Positions 17,783-27,633 are shown, numbered from the stretch's first letter. The stretch is DNA of 57,447 bases from Pirellulales bacterium (GCA_044336985.1 JBIIOK010000004.1:1-57447), one strand, 5' to 3'. Numbers and translations: made by a program. The notes: generated by a model from the sequence alone, not told the origin.

Positions 17783-18307
17783 ATGAATCAATCGATCAAG
17801 ACGGTTTTGGTGGCACTGGTGGCGAATCTCTCCTGGTGCGGCGGCGCATGGGCCGAACAGGCGTGGCTCTGTTCCGTGACCTCGGCCGTTGCGGTGGATG
17901 AGGACGGCACGGTGGGCCCTCCCGATCTGGGCGACCGGGAACGCCCCACGTTTTTTCGAGTGGATGCCGTCAAGAAGGAACTGACCCTGCTGGCGCCGGC
18001 GTCGCGGCGCGGCGAGGTGACGAAGTTCGACACGGTCCGAGAGACCGACGACGCGCACCTTTTCTCCGGAGTGGAGCATGGTCGCGGACTGAACCTGATC
18101 ATCAACGCCGAGGGCCGCATGAGCCTGTCGGTCGTCGGTGATGGCGTGGTCTGGTCGGTCTTCGGCCATGCACTCCGCGAGGGCGAGACGGACGCTATGG
18201 CGAATCAAGAACCGGAATCCGAGTCGAAGGTGGAATCCAACGACGAGCCCGCCGCGGCGCTGAAGGACGATTCGGAAAACGAGCCGGCCACGGCACCGGC
18301 AGGCTGA
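17783..18307 (+). CDS. Hypothetical secreted protein with acidic tail
   Basis: AAGGAG RBS; signal peptide ending AWA; beta-rich-looking body. Confidence 0.7.
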   Translation: MNQSIKTVLVALVANLSWCGGAWAEQAWLCSVTSAVAVDEDGTVGPPDLGDRERPTFFRVDAVKKELTLLAPASRRGEVTKFDTVRETDDAHLFSGVEHGRGLNLIINAEGRMSLSVVGDGVVWSVFGHALREGETDAMANQEPESESKVESNDEPAAALKDDSENEPATAPAG

Positions 18308-18319
18308 AGCCTGCCCTAC
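18298..18319 (-). repeat. Family A GTAG-REP variant containing both convergent stop codons
   Basis: ggcaggctgaagcctgccctac; TGA 18305-07 (+) and TAG 18316-18 (-). Confidence 0.85.
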
Positions 18320-19386
18320 AGTGCCGCCACGACCAGGTCGCCGATCTCGCGGGTGCCATGCCCCATCTTGCCGGCGGCCTGGCTCTTCATCTTCGTGCCG
18401 GTGATGTGGGCCACGGCCTTGTCGATCCGCTTGCCGGCGGCCGGATGGCCACTGTGCTCGAGCAGCATCGCCATGGCGTTGATGGCAGCGATGGGGTTGA
18501 TGACGTTTTGGCCGGTGTATTTGGGCGCGCTGCCCCCCATCGGCTCGAACATGCTCACGCCCCCCTTGTCGGGGTTGAGGTTCGCGCCCGCGGCCACGCC
18601 CATGCCGCCCTGCAGGATGCCGCCGAGATCCGTGATGATGTCGCCGAACATGTTGGTGGTGACGATCACGTCGTAGGCATCGGGGTTCTTCACCATCCAC
18701 ATGCAGCAGGCATCGACGTGGTTGTAGTCGGTCTTCACGTCGGGGTAGTCCTTCGCCACCTCCTGGAACGTCCGCCACCAGAGGTCGTGGCCGAACGTGA
18801 GCACGTTGGTCTTGGCGACGAGCGTGAGCGTCTTCTTCGGGCTGTTGCGCTGCCGCGTGTATTCGAAGGCCCAGCGGATGCATCGCTCGCAGCCCTTGCG
18901 GGTGTAGATGGCCTGCTGCACGGCCACCTCGTCGGGCGTGCCCTTCTTGAGATAGCCGCCGACGCCGCAGTAGAGATCCTCGGTGTTTTCGCGGACGACG
19001 ACGAAGTCGATGTCCTTCGGGCCGCGGCCGGCCAGCGGCGTCTCCACGCCGGGCAGCAGCTTCACCGGCCGGAGGTTGATGTATTGGTCGAGCTTGAACC
19101 GCAGGTCGAGGAGGAGCCCCTTCTCCAGGATGCCGGGAGCGACATCGGGATGGCCGATGGCGCCGAGGAAGATCGCGTCCTTCGTGCGGAGCAGGTCGAG
19201 CCCGCCCTCGGGGATGATCTCGCCGGTCTTCAGGTAGCGGTTGCCGCCCCAGTCGAGCGTCTCCACCTCGTAGGAGATGTTTTCCAGCTTCGAGACCGCG
19301 GCCAGGACCTTCATCGCCTCGGCGGTGACCTCGGGGCCGGTTCCGTCGCCGGGGATTGCTGCGATCTTGAGCGTCTTTGAGGCCAT
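18316..19386 (-). CDS. leuB: 3-isopropylmalate dehydrogenase
   Basis: IPGDGTGPEV, NLRP, VRENTE, KTNV, NMFGDIITD, MFEPMGGSAP. Confidence 0.88.
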   Translation of the reverse strand: MASKTLKIAAIPGDGTGPEVTAEAMKVLAAVSKLENISYEVETLDWGGNRYLKTGEIIPEGGLDLLRTKDAIFLGAIGHPDVAPGILEKGLLLDLRFKLDQYINLRPVKLLPGVETPLAGRGPKDIDFVVVRENTEDLYCGVGGYLKKGTPDEVAVQQAIYTRKGCERCIRWAFEYTRQRNSPKKTLTLVAKTNVLTFGHDLWWRTFQEVAKDYPDVKTDYNHVDACCMWMVKNPDAYDVIVTTNMFGDIITDLGGILQGGMGVAAGANLNPDKGGVSMFEPMGGSAPKYTGQNVINPIAAINAMAMLLEHSGHPAAGKRIDKAVAHITGTKMKSQAAGKMGHGTREIGDLVVAAL

Positions 19387-19506
19387 GGATGGTGGGCTCC
19401 TTGCTGCCAGGAAATGAATGGTGAGCGGAATCTAGCCGACGGCCGCAGCGAGTGGAACCGCCCCGCGTGATTCCCGATGCATCGCCGCTGTGGCCGAGGT
19501 CAACCG

Positions 19507-19655
19507 GCCCAATCCGGCCTGTGGCTGCACATGCCCTCTCGGCGGACGTTCGCTGCGGACATCCTGTCCTTCGCTCACTGCGTGTCCGCTGCGCTTCGCC
19601 ATCCTGGCTTCGCTTGCTCCCACAGCCCGCGAGAGAGCATGTGCAGCCACAGGCC
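19507..19655 (+). repeat. Family C structured element, copy 1
   Basis: Terminal stem ggcctgtggctgcacatgc / gcatgtgcagccacaggcc; core ggacgttcgctgcggacatcctgtccttcgctc. Confidence 0.85.
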
Positions 19656-19665
19656 TCGCGCTCTC

Positions 19666-19742
19666 GTAGGACAGGCGTTTTTGCCTGTGTGAAGTAAGAC
19701 AGGCTTCAGCCTGCCAGGAACAGGCAGAGAGGCCTGTTCCAC
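19666..19742. repeat. Cluster of three degenerate family A REPs
   Basis: gtaggacaggcgtttttgcctgt (19666-88), gtaagacaggcttcagcctgcc (19694-715), inverted aacaggcagagaggcctgttccac (19719-42). Confidence 0.75.
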
Positions 19743-19772
19743 ATGAAGACTAGGGCCGGATGCCCGGGTGAA

Positions 19773-19793
19773 CACCAGCGGGCGGAGCCCGCC
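19773..19793 (+). repeat. 21-bp direct repeat, copy 1
   Basis: caccagcgggcggagcccgcc, identical at 21169-21189. Confidence 0.8.
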
Positions 19794-19831
19794 AAGGAAA
19801 AATGAGCAGGATGCTCATGTTTTCCGTGAAA

Positions 19832-20164
19832 CTAGTTGTTGCTGAAATCGAGCTGCTTGCCCGACTTGATGCCGAGAGGGTTCTTCACGAACCGTTGGCG
19901 GCACGCATCGCAGAGATCGAATCGCATCGACCGCGTGCCGTCGTCGTAGAGCCCGTCATGGTCGGTCGATCGCTCGTCGATGCTCTCGAGCAATTCCTGC
20001 ATCTCCTCGAGATGATCCGCTTCGGTGCCGTCGCAGCAGCCGTTGTCGTTGTGGCCGGCGGCGACGTCTTCCACTGCCGGAAACACCTCGATCTTCACGA
20101 CATGCCGAACATCGGAGTGGAGGTTGATGGGCCGTTTGCAGACATCGCACGAATAGTGGAGCAT
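19832..20164 (-). CDS. Small acidic protein with two CxxC pairs (putative Zn-binding)
   Basis: MLHYSCDVCK...FDLCDACR; start moved to ATG 20164. Confidence 0.75.
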   Translation of the reverse strand: MLHYSCDVCKRPINLHSDVRHVVKIEVFPAVEDVAAGHNDNGCCDGTEADHLEEMQELLESIDERSTDHDGLYDDGTRSMRFDLCDACRQRFVKNPLGIKSGKQLDFSNN

Positions 20165-20386
20165 CGATTTCTCCGGTGAAAGTTGGGCTGAAACGCGGCC
20201 CCGCCCGGCGGTCGCTACTGTATGTCCTGAGTCTGCCTGCAATTTGCGTCGAAGGCAAGTCTTCAGCATGCCTTCTTGTTGGGGAGAGAGTTGGTGAGAG
20301 GCTGGGCGATTTGGCAAGGGAAAGGTTGCGAGGCTAGACTGATGGAATCCTGGTGATCTTCGGTGATCTTCCTCGAGGGGATCTTT

Positions 20387-21055
20387 ATGTCCGGTCTCGC
20401 TGCCGCGGCCCAGATCTCAGCCCCGTCGCGGTCGCTGCCGGGGGCGCTCAGCTTGAGCGTGCTCGTGCTGAACCGGTCGTTCGTGGCCGTGCACATCACC
20501 AACGTGCGGCGGGCCATCACGCTGCTTTTCCGCGAGCTCGCCGAGGTCGTGCATATCGAGGAGGGGCAGTATGCCGCCCACTCGCTCGATTCCTGGCGGG
20601 AACTCTCGTCGCTCCAGGCGGCCTTTCGCACGCCCGACCAAGACTGGGTGCAGGCCGTCGGTTACGAGCTTCAGGCCCCCCGGGTGATCAGGCTCGTGTC
20701 GTGCGACCGCGGCCCCCGCCAGGGACTGCGGTTCAACCGCCGCAACGTGTTCGCCCGCGACGGCAACCTATGCCAGTACTGTGGCCATCACTTTCCCACG
20801 AGCGAGCTGTCGCTCGACCACGTGGTGCCCCGCAGCCGCGGCGGCAACACGAGCTGGGAAAACATCGTCTGTGCATGCGTGGCCTGCAACGTCCGCAAGG
20901 GCGGTCGCACGCCTCAGGAGGCGCGGATGCAGATGATTCGCCAGCCCATGAAGCCGAAACGCAGCCCGCTGCTCACCATCAAGCTCGGCAACCCGAAATA
21001 CCAGAGCTGGAAGAGCTTCGTGGACAACGCCTACTGGCTCGCCGACCTGCGGTAG
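20387..21055 (+). CDS. HNH endonuclease (McrA-like, standalone)
   Basis: [40 protein letters not shown]. Confidence 0.92.
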   Translation: MSGLAAAAQISAPSRSLPGALSLSVLVLNRSFVAVHITNVRRAITLLFRELAEVVHIEEGQYAAHSLDSWRELSSLQAAFRTPDQDWVQAVGYELQAPRVIRLVSCDRGPRQGLRFNRRNVFARDGNLCQYCGHHFPTSELSLDHVVPRSRGGNTSWENIVCACVACNVRKGGRTPQEARMQMIRQPMKPKRSPLLTIKLGNPKYQSWKSFVDNAYWLADLR

Positions 21056-21099
21056 ACTGAATCCTGTTCGGCGGTAGGGTAGCCTCCAGGCTGCCGAAA

Positions 21100-21152
21100 G
21101 TAGGACAGGCTTCAGCCTGTCAGAAGCGGCGACAGGCTGAAGCCTGTCCTAC
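21100..21152. repeat. Family A REP inverted doublet (REPIN-like)
   Basis: gtaggacaggcttcagcctgtc 21100-21121 and its reverse complement 21131-21152; a further GTAG hairpin at 21074-21095. Confidence 0.92.
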
Positions 21153-21168
21153 TTCAGCGCCGAGTGAG

Positions 21169-21189
21169 CACCAGCGGGCGGAGCCCGCC
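21169..21189 (+). repeat. 21-bp direct repeat, copy 2
   Basis: Identical to 19773-19793. Confidence 0.8.
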
Positions 21190-21254
21190 CAGGGACTATC
21201 TACGGACGGGCTTCCGCCCATCGGGGCGGCAGGATGCCGATGTTTCGCGTGTAA

Positions 21255-21527
21255 CTAGCAGAGCGGATCCTTCTTTTCTGTGATCACCGGCAGCTGCGGT
21301 GACATTTCGGCGTTGAGTTCCTTGAAGTCCTTCCACTCGGCCGGAAGGTTGTCCTCGTGGAAGATCGCCTCGACCGGGCACTCCGGGACGCACGCCTCGC
21401 AGTCGATGCACTCGTCAGGGTGGATGTAAACCATCTTGTCACCCTCGTAGAAGCACTCGACCGGGCAGACCACCACGCAGTCGGTGTACTTGCAGGCGAA
21501 ACAGGGCTCGGCAACGACGTGCGTCAT
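21255..21527 (-). CDS. fdxA: 7Fe-type dicluster ferredoxin
   Basis: [18 protein letters not shown] and [12 protein letters not shown]. Confidence 0.93.
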   Translation of the reverse strand: MTHVVAEPCFACKYTDCVVVCPVECFYEGDKMVYIHPDECIDCEACVPECPVEAIFHEDNLPAEWKDFKELNAEMSPQLPVITEKKDPLC

Positions 21528-21733
21528 GAGCGAAAACTCCTTGGAAAGCTGAAAATCCTCGATGGCCGTTCGATCAAACTGCGCGAATCCTAGGTTGATC
21601 GCGGGAGCCTGTCAACGAATCAGGAATCGGCATTTCGGGCCGATTTCGTGAGTCCGCGGCGAATGACGTTGGTGCCGCGGCGGGGGGGCTCTATGATTTT
21701 TTCCGGAAACGCCGTTCGCCGCGAAGGTGTGCC

Positions 21734-22345
21734 ATGGCCGTCGGTCGCGAGTCTGAATCGAGTGGTCCCCCGAGGCAGGAGGGGGGGGGTGCGTCTCCGC
21801 AGGACCTCGACCTCGTGCAGGGCTGCCTCGCAGCGAGCCCGGGGGCCTGGGAGGCGCTGGTCGGCCGCTACGCCGGCCTGCTGGCCCATGTGGTCGATCG
21901 CACCACGTCGCAGCGACGGTGGCCTCTCGCCTCGGCCGACCGCGATGACTTGATCGCCGAGGTGCTCGTCGAATTGCTCAAGAACGACGCCGCGGCGCTG
22001 CGGGGATTCGCCGGCCGCTCCACGCTTGCCGCCTACCTCACCGTGATCGCCCGCCGCGTGGTGGTGCGTTCGCTGTGCCGCGATGGGCAGGCAGCGCAGC
22101 CGGCCCATCGCGTTGAGCCGGCGGCATCGCGCAGCGAGCAACGAGACATCGCCGACCGCGAGGAGATCGAGGTCCTGCTCGGCAGGCTCGACGATTCGGA
22201 TGCGCAGCTCGTGCGGCTGCACCACCTCGAATCCAGAAGCTACGGCGAGATCAGCCGGATCACCGGCCTGCCGATCGGCTCGATCGGCCCCGCGCTCTCG
22301 CGGGCGAGGCAGAAGATGCGCGAGGGTGCCGCGGCGGCGGGCTAG
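21734..22345 (+). CDS. ECF sigma-70 factor
   Basis: AWEALVGRY, DDLIAEV, YLTVIARR; region 4 SYGEISRITGLPIGSIGPALSRAR. Confidence 0.9.
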   Translation: MAVGRESESSGPPRQEGGGASPQDLDLVQGCLAASPGAWEALVGRYAGLLAHVVDRTTSQRRWPLASADRDDLIAEVLVELLKNDAAALRGFAGRSTLAAYLTVIARRVVVRSLCRDGQAAQPAHRVEPAASRSEQRDIADREEIEVLLGRLDDSDAQLVRLHHLESRSYGEISRITGLPIGSIGPALSRARQKMREGAAAAG

Positions 22346-22350
22346 CAACT

Positions 22351-22527
22351 CGCCCAACCCGGCTTCGGGCGCCCCGTACCCCGTCGCCGGACGTTTGCTA
22401 CGGGCATCCTGCCCTTCGCTCACTCGATGCTGACTGCGCCAGCCAGAGCGCCTCCGCTTGGCCATCCTGGCTGCGCTGGTCAGCAACGCCGGCTCCCGGG
22501 GCACGGGTCACCCGAAGCCTGTCCTAC
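22351..22527 (+). repeat. Family C element, copy 2, fused to half of a family A REP
   Basis: Stem ggcttcggg...cccgaagcc, continuing as gaagcctgtcctac; near-identical to 37883-38051. Confidence 0.88.
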
Positions 22528-22545
22528 TCTGAGGGACGGAGGCGA

Positions 22546-22624
22546 GTGGGTCGGCGGAAGCGTGACGAGCTTGTGGACCGAGTCCGCGAGGGACACCGCG
22601 AGGAACCTTCTGCCGCCCACGAGC
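22546..22624. repeat. Family E hairpin element, copy 2
   Basis: tcggcggaagcgtgacgagc ... ccgcgaggaaccttctgccg resembles the ends of 713-828. Confidence 0.55.
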
Positions 22625-22639
22625 CGGTGCGACACGGAA

Positions 22640-22685
22640 GATCCGCTTGCGGAGCAAGCGGTCTACTTGGGACGAAGCGGTCTAC
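22640..22685 (-). repeat. Family B GTAG-REP (one full and one partial copy)
   Basis: gatccgcttgcggagcaagcggtctac and gggacgaagcggtctac. Confidence 0.8.
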
Positions 22686-22692
22686 TGTTGGT

Positions 22693-23601
22693 TTACTGGG
22701 CCGGCGGTGGGCCGATCACGACCGACGGATCGGCGAGATCGACGGGCTCGTAGCCTTCGTAGGCCGGCATCTGCCAGAGCTGGCCGGGGTCGCTGGTCGG
22801 CGCGTTCGTCGTGATCGCCGCCAGCTCCAGCTGGAACTCGATGCCCGATGCCGGCCACGACACCTCGACGAGCCGCGGCAGAGCGGCGCCGGACTGCGGA
22901 TCGACGCGGTGCTTCGACGTGCGGGCGCTCGCCAGCCGCTCGCCGGCCGGTGTGAACAGGTGCTGCTCGACCACGAGCCCGGTGGTGCCGTCGAGGATCG
23001 TCGACTTGAGCAGTTCGCCGTCGGGGGCGGTGACGCGGCTCTTGATCTCGAGCCTGCCGTCGGGAAGCGGAAACGGCCCCTCGTGGCGGTCCTCGGGACG
23101 GAACGTCACCAGCCCCAAGAGTTCCGGCATCCAGTCGGCCCGCAGCGGCAGGAGCCGCCGTGCAGACGACTGGGCATACTGATCGTGTCGGCAGAAGAGC
23201 ATGACCGGCGGCTGGTGGCGGCGAATCCAGAGCCAGAAGAGGTCGTCGTTGCTGCCGATGTCGAGTTCGCTGCCCGTGACGCTCGTCTGCGCCCGGAGCC
23301 GAAAGCGTCGCGGCGGCTCGCAGGCCACCTGGGCCGAGAGCCGGGGCACGCCCGGCACCACCAGCACCGCCTGCGGCGCCATGTAACTCCGCACCCGCTG
23401 GGTGTTGTCGTGGACGTTCGCGATGATCTGGTCGAGCGAAGCCTGCGGCGGCAGCGCGCGGGGCAGTGGCATCGTGCCCACCTGGTAGCCACGCAGCACC
23501 TGCGGGCAGGTTGCGCCGCTCGACGCGACGGTGATCGCGATGACCGCGAAGAGCGCGGCGGGCGAGATGCGTTGCCGGTGGGACGAGAGCCTTGCCGTCA
23601 T
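22693..23601 (-). CDS. Hypothetical exported protein, possible lipoprotein
   Basis: ATGA overlap at 23598-601; hydrophobic leader ending SSGATC; ELDIGSNDDLFWLW. Confidence 0.75.
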   Translation of the reverse strand: MTARLSSHRQRISPAALFAVIAITVASSGATCPQVLRGYQVGTMPLPRALPPQASLDQIIANVHDNTQRVRSYMAPQAVLVVPGVPRLSAQVACEPPRRFRLRAQTSVTGSELDIGSNDDLFWLWIRRHQPPVMLFCRHDQYAQSSARRLLPLRADWMPELLGLVTFRPEDRHEGPFPLPDGRLEIKSRVTAPDGELLKSTILDGTTGLVVEQHLFTPAGERLASARTSKHRVDPQSGAALPRLVEVSWPASGIEFQLELAAITTNAPTSDPGQLWQMPAYEGYEPVDLADPSVVIGPPPAQ

Positions 23602-24092
23602 GCCGCACCTCCCGACCAGAGCAGCGCGGCGAGCCGCTCCTGCACGCCGTCGGCCGCGGCCGTCCGGGCCGGAACCACCTGCACGCGGTACTCGCTGTCG
23701 CGGCGCCGGCAGGCGAGGTGCATCGTGTCGGGATCGATGGCGGTCGTCGTGCCGTGGCGGTCGACCACCCGCAGCACGCGGCGGCGCACCAATTCCAGCG
23801 CGAGCAGATACCGCAGCGCCGTCTCGTCCGGCCGCCCGTCGAGCTGCTCGAGCACGTCGAGGAGCACCTCGACCGGGGCGAGCGTGGATCCGGCTGCGTC
23901 GGCGGCCGGGTAGGTCGATTTCCACCAGGCGAGGGACTGTTCTGGAGGGCCGTCCCACGCTTCGGCAGAGACGTCGAGTCGATCGAGCGTGCCCTTGCTG
24001 CGCACGAGCGCCGAATAAAACAGCTCACCCGGCACGAAGCCGCGTCCGCTCTTTCCGCAGCAGCCATTCGGTCGGTGGAGTTTCAGGTCCAT
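23598..24092 (-). CDS. Hypothetical protein
   Basis: ATG 24092; FYSALV, LAWWKS, LRYLLALELVRRRVL; coupled to the downstream gene. Confidence 0.7.
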   Translation of the reverse strand: MDLKLHRPNGCCGKSGRGFVPGELFYSALVRSKGTLDRLDVSAEAWDGPPEQSLAWWKSTYPAADAAGSTLAPVEVLLDVLEQLDGRPDETALRYLLALELVRRRVLRVVDRHGTTTAIDPDTMHLACRRRDSEYRVQVVPARTAAADGVQERLAALLWSGGAA

Positions 24093-24162
24093 GGACGTTC
24101 CGCACCGGGGGCCGCCGCGAAGGATCGACGGGGCGAGACAGTAGGGAATGGACTGCCGCCGC

Positions 24163-25089
24163 TCAACCCGCGTTGTCGCCGCGAAGCGGGGCAGGCTGGG
24201 AAAGGCCGGCGAGCAGCATGTCGGCCACCTCGCCGATGCCGTCGTCATCGTGGGCGGCCACGACGCGGTCGGCAGCCTGGAGCACGTCGGGGGTGGCGTT
24301 GCCCATCGCGATGCCGAGACCCGCGCCGCGGATCATCGGCAGGTCGTTGACGTCGTCGCCGACGGCGCAGATCGATTCGGGGGCGATGCCGAACCGCTCC
24401 GCCAAGGAGAGCACCCCCGACCATTTCGTGACGCCCGCCGGCGCGATCTCGCACATCCAGTCGCGATAGCGCGGGCTGCGGATCGTGTGCAGCGAGAGCA
24501 TGCCTGGCCAGGAGGTGTCGAGCGCCCGCTCGAGATCGAGCATCTCGGCGTGCGTGCCCATCGCAAACCCGGCGAACACGCCCTCCGGCGGGGCCAGATG
24601 GAGATCGGGCACCACGTTGGCGAGCGCCCGGTTGCGGTCGAGGTATTCCGCGACACCGCGGCTTCCGGGCACGCCGCCGGCCGCCGCTGAGGCGAGGCTG
24701 CGGCAATGGAAGTCGTAGCCCGCGGCGAAACTGTCGGTGTAAAGGATCGGCTCGTGGCCCCGGTCGACGATCGTCGAAAGCAGCCCCTCGAGCACGCCCG
24801 GGGCGAACGCCGCCCGCTCCAGGGTGGCATGGGTGCGGACATCCTTGATGAGCGCGCCGGACGCCGTTACCAGCGGCGCGTCGATCGCAAGCCGCTCCGC
24901 CACCGGGAGGACGTCGCGGTAGCGCCGCCCCGTGGCGATCATCACCCGCATCCCGGCGGCGCGGATTCGCCCCACGGCCGCGCACGTGGCGTCGGTGATC
25001 TCGTGGCGACTGTTGCTGAGCGTGCCATCGACGTCGAGGACGACGAGCCGGATGGCGGCCGGATGGCGGGCTGCTGGTGTGACGGGCAT
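24163..25089 (-). CDS. Cof-type HAD family hydrolase
   Basis: DVDGTL, IATGR, GVTK, GDDVNDLPM, AMGNA. Confidence 0.92.
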   Translation of the reverse strand: MPVTPAARHPAAIRLVVLDVDGTLSNSRHEITDATCAAVGRIRAAGMRVMIATGRRYRDVLPVAERLAIDAPLVTASGALIKDVRTHATLERAAFAPGVLEGLLSTIVDRGHEPILYTDSFAAGYDFHCRSLASAAAGGVPGSRGVAEYLDRNRALANVVPDLHLAPPEGVFAGFAMGTHAEMLDLERALDTSWPGMLSLHTIRSPRYRDWMCEIAPAGVTKWSGVLSLAERFGIAPESICAVGDDVNDLPMIRGAGLGIAMGNATPDVLQAADRVVAAHDDDGIGEVADMLLAGLSQPAPLRGDNAG

Positions 25090-25114
25090 GCCCCGTATGG
25101 TACTAAGTGGAGCC

Positions 25115-25483
25115 ATGACGCCCTCCCCCGACGACATCCCCTTCACTTCCGTGGCCCGCGTGGGCGACATTCCCGCCGGCGAGGGCCGCACCTACGAGGC
25201 CGGCGGACGGCTCGTGGCCATCTTCTTCGACGGCGAGTCCTACTCGGCGATCGACGACCTCTGCCCGCACATGGGGGCCTCGCTCGGCACCGGGCCGCTT
25301 CGCGACGGCGTCGTCACTTGCCCGTGGCACGCCTGGCGGTTTCGGCTCTGCGACGGGGCCTGGTGCGACAACCCGAAGCTGAAGGTCGATGTCTTCGAGG
25401 TGCGCGTCGTCGGCGATGCGATCGAGGTTCGCGTTCCACCGGTGAAGCCGGTGGAGTTGCCCGCTACTTCGCCGACACGGTGA
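25115..25483 (+). CDS. Rieske-type ferredoxin (NirD-like)
   Basis: CPHMGASL and CPWH; ATG 25115 after GGAG. Confidence 0.88.
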   Translation: MTPSPDDIPFTSVARVGDIPAGEGRTYEAGGRLVAIFFDGESYSAIDDLCPHMGASLGTGPLRDGVVTCPWHAWRFRLCDGAWCDNPKLKVDVFEVRVVGDAIEVRVPPVKPVELPATSPTR

Positions 25484-26168
25484 GCGAGCCACCCGGTGGG
25501 AGCACGTGCGGCTCCGCGAGTCGCTCCGCGGCCACTCGCCGCGCCCATGCGGCCGCATCCTGCTCGATCGGCGGCCAGGTGTCGTAGTGGCTCGCCAGCA
25601 CGATGCGCGGCTTCAGAAGCGCGAGCGCCTCGAGCGAGGCGTCCGGGCCCATCGTGAAGAGGTCGCCGATCGGCAGCACCGCGACGTCGATCCCCTTGCC
25701 GTCGCGCGGCCGGCCGATCCGCTCCATGTCGGAGAAGAGCCCCGTGTCGCCCGCGAGATAGATTCTGACCCCCGCCACGTCGAGCACCCAGCCGGCCGGG
25801 TTGCCGCCGTAGCTGCCGTCGGGAAGGCTCGACGAGTGATGGGCGATCTCCATCCGCGCCGTCCCGCCGGGGATCGCGGCCTGCCCGCCGAGGTTCATCG
25901 GCTGTGCCTGCTCCACCCCGTGTTTCGCCAGCCACTGCGCGATCTCCCAATTGCAATACACCTTCGCGCCGGTCCGCTTCGCGATCGCGACGAGGTCGGC
26001 GACATGATCGAAGTGGCCGTGCGTCACGAGGATCGCGTCGCAGCGGACGTCCTCCGCCTTCATCGACGCCGTCGGGCATTCGTCGAAGAACGGATCGACG
26101 AGCAGCGTGCCGCTGCCGGTGTCGATGAGCCACGTGGCGTGGCCGGTCCAGGTGAGCGTGACAGGCAT
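25464..26168 (-). CDS. Metallo-beta-lactamase-fold metal-dependent hydrolase
   Basis: GHATW, VDPF, THGHFDH, AGDT, LPIG, HYDTW. Confidence 0.92.
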   Translation of the reverse strand: MPVTLTWTGHATWLIDTGSGTLLVDPFFDECPTASMKAEDVRCDAILVTHGHFDHVADLVAIAKRTGAKVYCNWEIAQWLAKHGVEQAQPMNLGGQAAIPGGTARMEIAHHSSSLPDGSYGGNPAGWVLDVAGVRIYLAGDTGLFSDMERIGRPRDGKGIDVAVLPIGDLFTMGPDASLEALALLKPRIVLASHYDTWPPIEQDAAAWARRVAAERLAEPHVLPPGGSLTVSAK

Positions 26169-26196
26169 GGGTGTCTCCGATGAGGGCCGCAGTTGG

Positions 26197-27633
26197 TCAG
26201 GGCCGCAGCCGGCGCATCATGCACTGTTTGTAGGCCTCGACGCCGGGCTGGCCGTAGGGATTGGTACCGACGAGCCGGCCTTCGACCACGGTGGCGAGCA
26301 TGAGCATCTGCAGCACCTGGCCGATCGTGTGCTCGTCGATCCGCGGCAGGAGGATGTCGGCGGTGGGCCGCTTGTCGCTCGCGTAGGCCTCGTTCGTCCC
26401 CGCGGCAGCGGCGGCGAGCATGTCGGGCCAGGCCCTGCCGACGAGATCGTCGAGCTTGTCTTCGTTGGCGGCAAATCCGCTGATCGCGGGGAGCTTGAGC
26501 CGATCGCGCCGCGGCTCGCCCACGAGCAGGTTCGTGATCAACTTGTCGCGCCGCCCCTCCTGGTGCTGCTGGCCGCGGGAGTGGAGGTCGCGGGTCGTGA
26601 CGGTGGTGAGCGGCGTGGCCCCCTGCTCCGCCTTGCCGAGGCTTTCGGAGAGCAGCTGGTCGTACCAGAGGCCGACGGCCTCGAGCCGGTTGCTCCAGGT
26701 GGAGAGCACACGGATCGACGCCCCCATCCGGATCTCGGCGAGATGCGAGACGCCGACATACTGGAGCACGGGATTCTCGGCGACCGGCGCCTCGCGAAAC
26801 CGGCGGTTCATCGCGGCGGCCCCTTCGAGCAATCGCACGACGTCGATCCCCACGATCGAGGCGGGCAGCAGGCCGACGGCCGTGAGCACCGAGAACCGCC
26901 CTCCCACGCCGTCCGGGATGTCGAACACATCCGGGCAGCCGATCGCCCGGGCCAGATCGGCGAGCTTCCCGGACTTGCCGGTGATCGGCACGACCCGTTC
27001 CGCGAGCGCCTTGCGGTCTCCGCCCACGGAGGCGAAGAGCGCGTCGAGGAAGAGCCGCGTGGCGACGGCCGTCTCGAGCGTGCCGCCACTCTTGCTGACG
27101 ATGAGAAGGGCCCAGCGGTGGAGCAGATCGTCGGCGCCTCCGGGGGCGGCGAGCAGATCGAGCATCCCCTGCGCCGAGTCGTTGTCGATGTTGAAGCCCT
27201 CGAACGAGAGCCGCGGCCGGCCCCCCCGCTCGCCCCGGGGCAGTTCGTTGTGAAACGGATGGCAGCAGGCCTCGAACAGCGCACGCGTGCCCATGTAGGA
27301 GCCGCCGATGCCGAGGACCACCACGCGGTCCACGGCATCGCGGATCCGGCGGGCCGTCGTGAGGATCGAGAAGAGTTCGCTCTCGGGCCGCTTCGTCGTG
27401 TAGTCGGCGAGCAGCCGGTCGGGCAGGTCGATGAAGGCGGGGTCGAGCACCTCGCCCGGCTGCACGGCCCCGGAGCGGTAGCGATCGATATCGGCGAGGG
27501 ATTCCCGCCGGGCTTCGTCGAGCCGGCCGGCGAGCGAGTCGAGATCCTTTCGTGCGAGGCCGCCGGTGGCGAAGACGGCGGATGGGTCGTACTGGATCGG
27601 ATCCTCGGGCGGCTTGGGGCGGATGACGCTCAT
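26197..27633 (-). CDS. pgi: Glucose-6-phosphate isomerase
   Basis: LGIGGSYMG, SKSGGTLET, VGGRFSV, QLLSESLGK, DLHS, QPGVEAYK. Confidence 0.95.
   Translation of the reverse strand: MSVIRPKPPEDPIQYDPSAVFATGGLARKDLDSLAGRLDEARRESLADIDRYRSGAVQPGEVLDPAFIDLPDRLLADYTTKRPESELFSILTTARRIRDAVDRVVVLGIGGSYMGTRALFEACCHPFHNELPRGERGGRPRLSFEGFNIDNDSAQGMLDLLAAPGGADDLLHRWALLIVSKSGGTLETAVATRLFLDALFASVGGDRKALAERVVPITGKSGKLADLARAIGCPDVFDIPDGVGGRFSVLTAVGLLPASIVGIDVVRLLEGAAAMNRRFREAPVAENPVLQYVGVSHLAEIRMGASIRVLSTWSNRLEAVGLWYDQLLSESLGKAEQGATPLTTVTTRDLHSRGQQHQEGRRDKLITNLLVGEPRRDRLKLPAISGFAANEDKLDDLVGRAWPDMLAAAAAGTNEAYASDKRPTADILLPRIDEHTIGQVLQMLMLATVVEGRLVGTNPYGQPGVEAYKQCMMRRLRP

Noticed and set aside
19432-19775. Several 66-81-aa ORFs upstream of leuB, or a leucine attenuator
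   Set aside because: ORFs coincide with repeat DNA; no Leu-rich leader peptide or attenuator terminator seen
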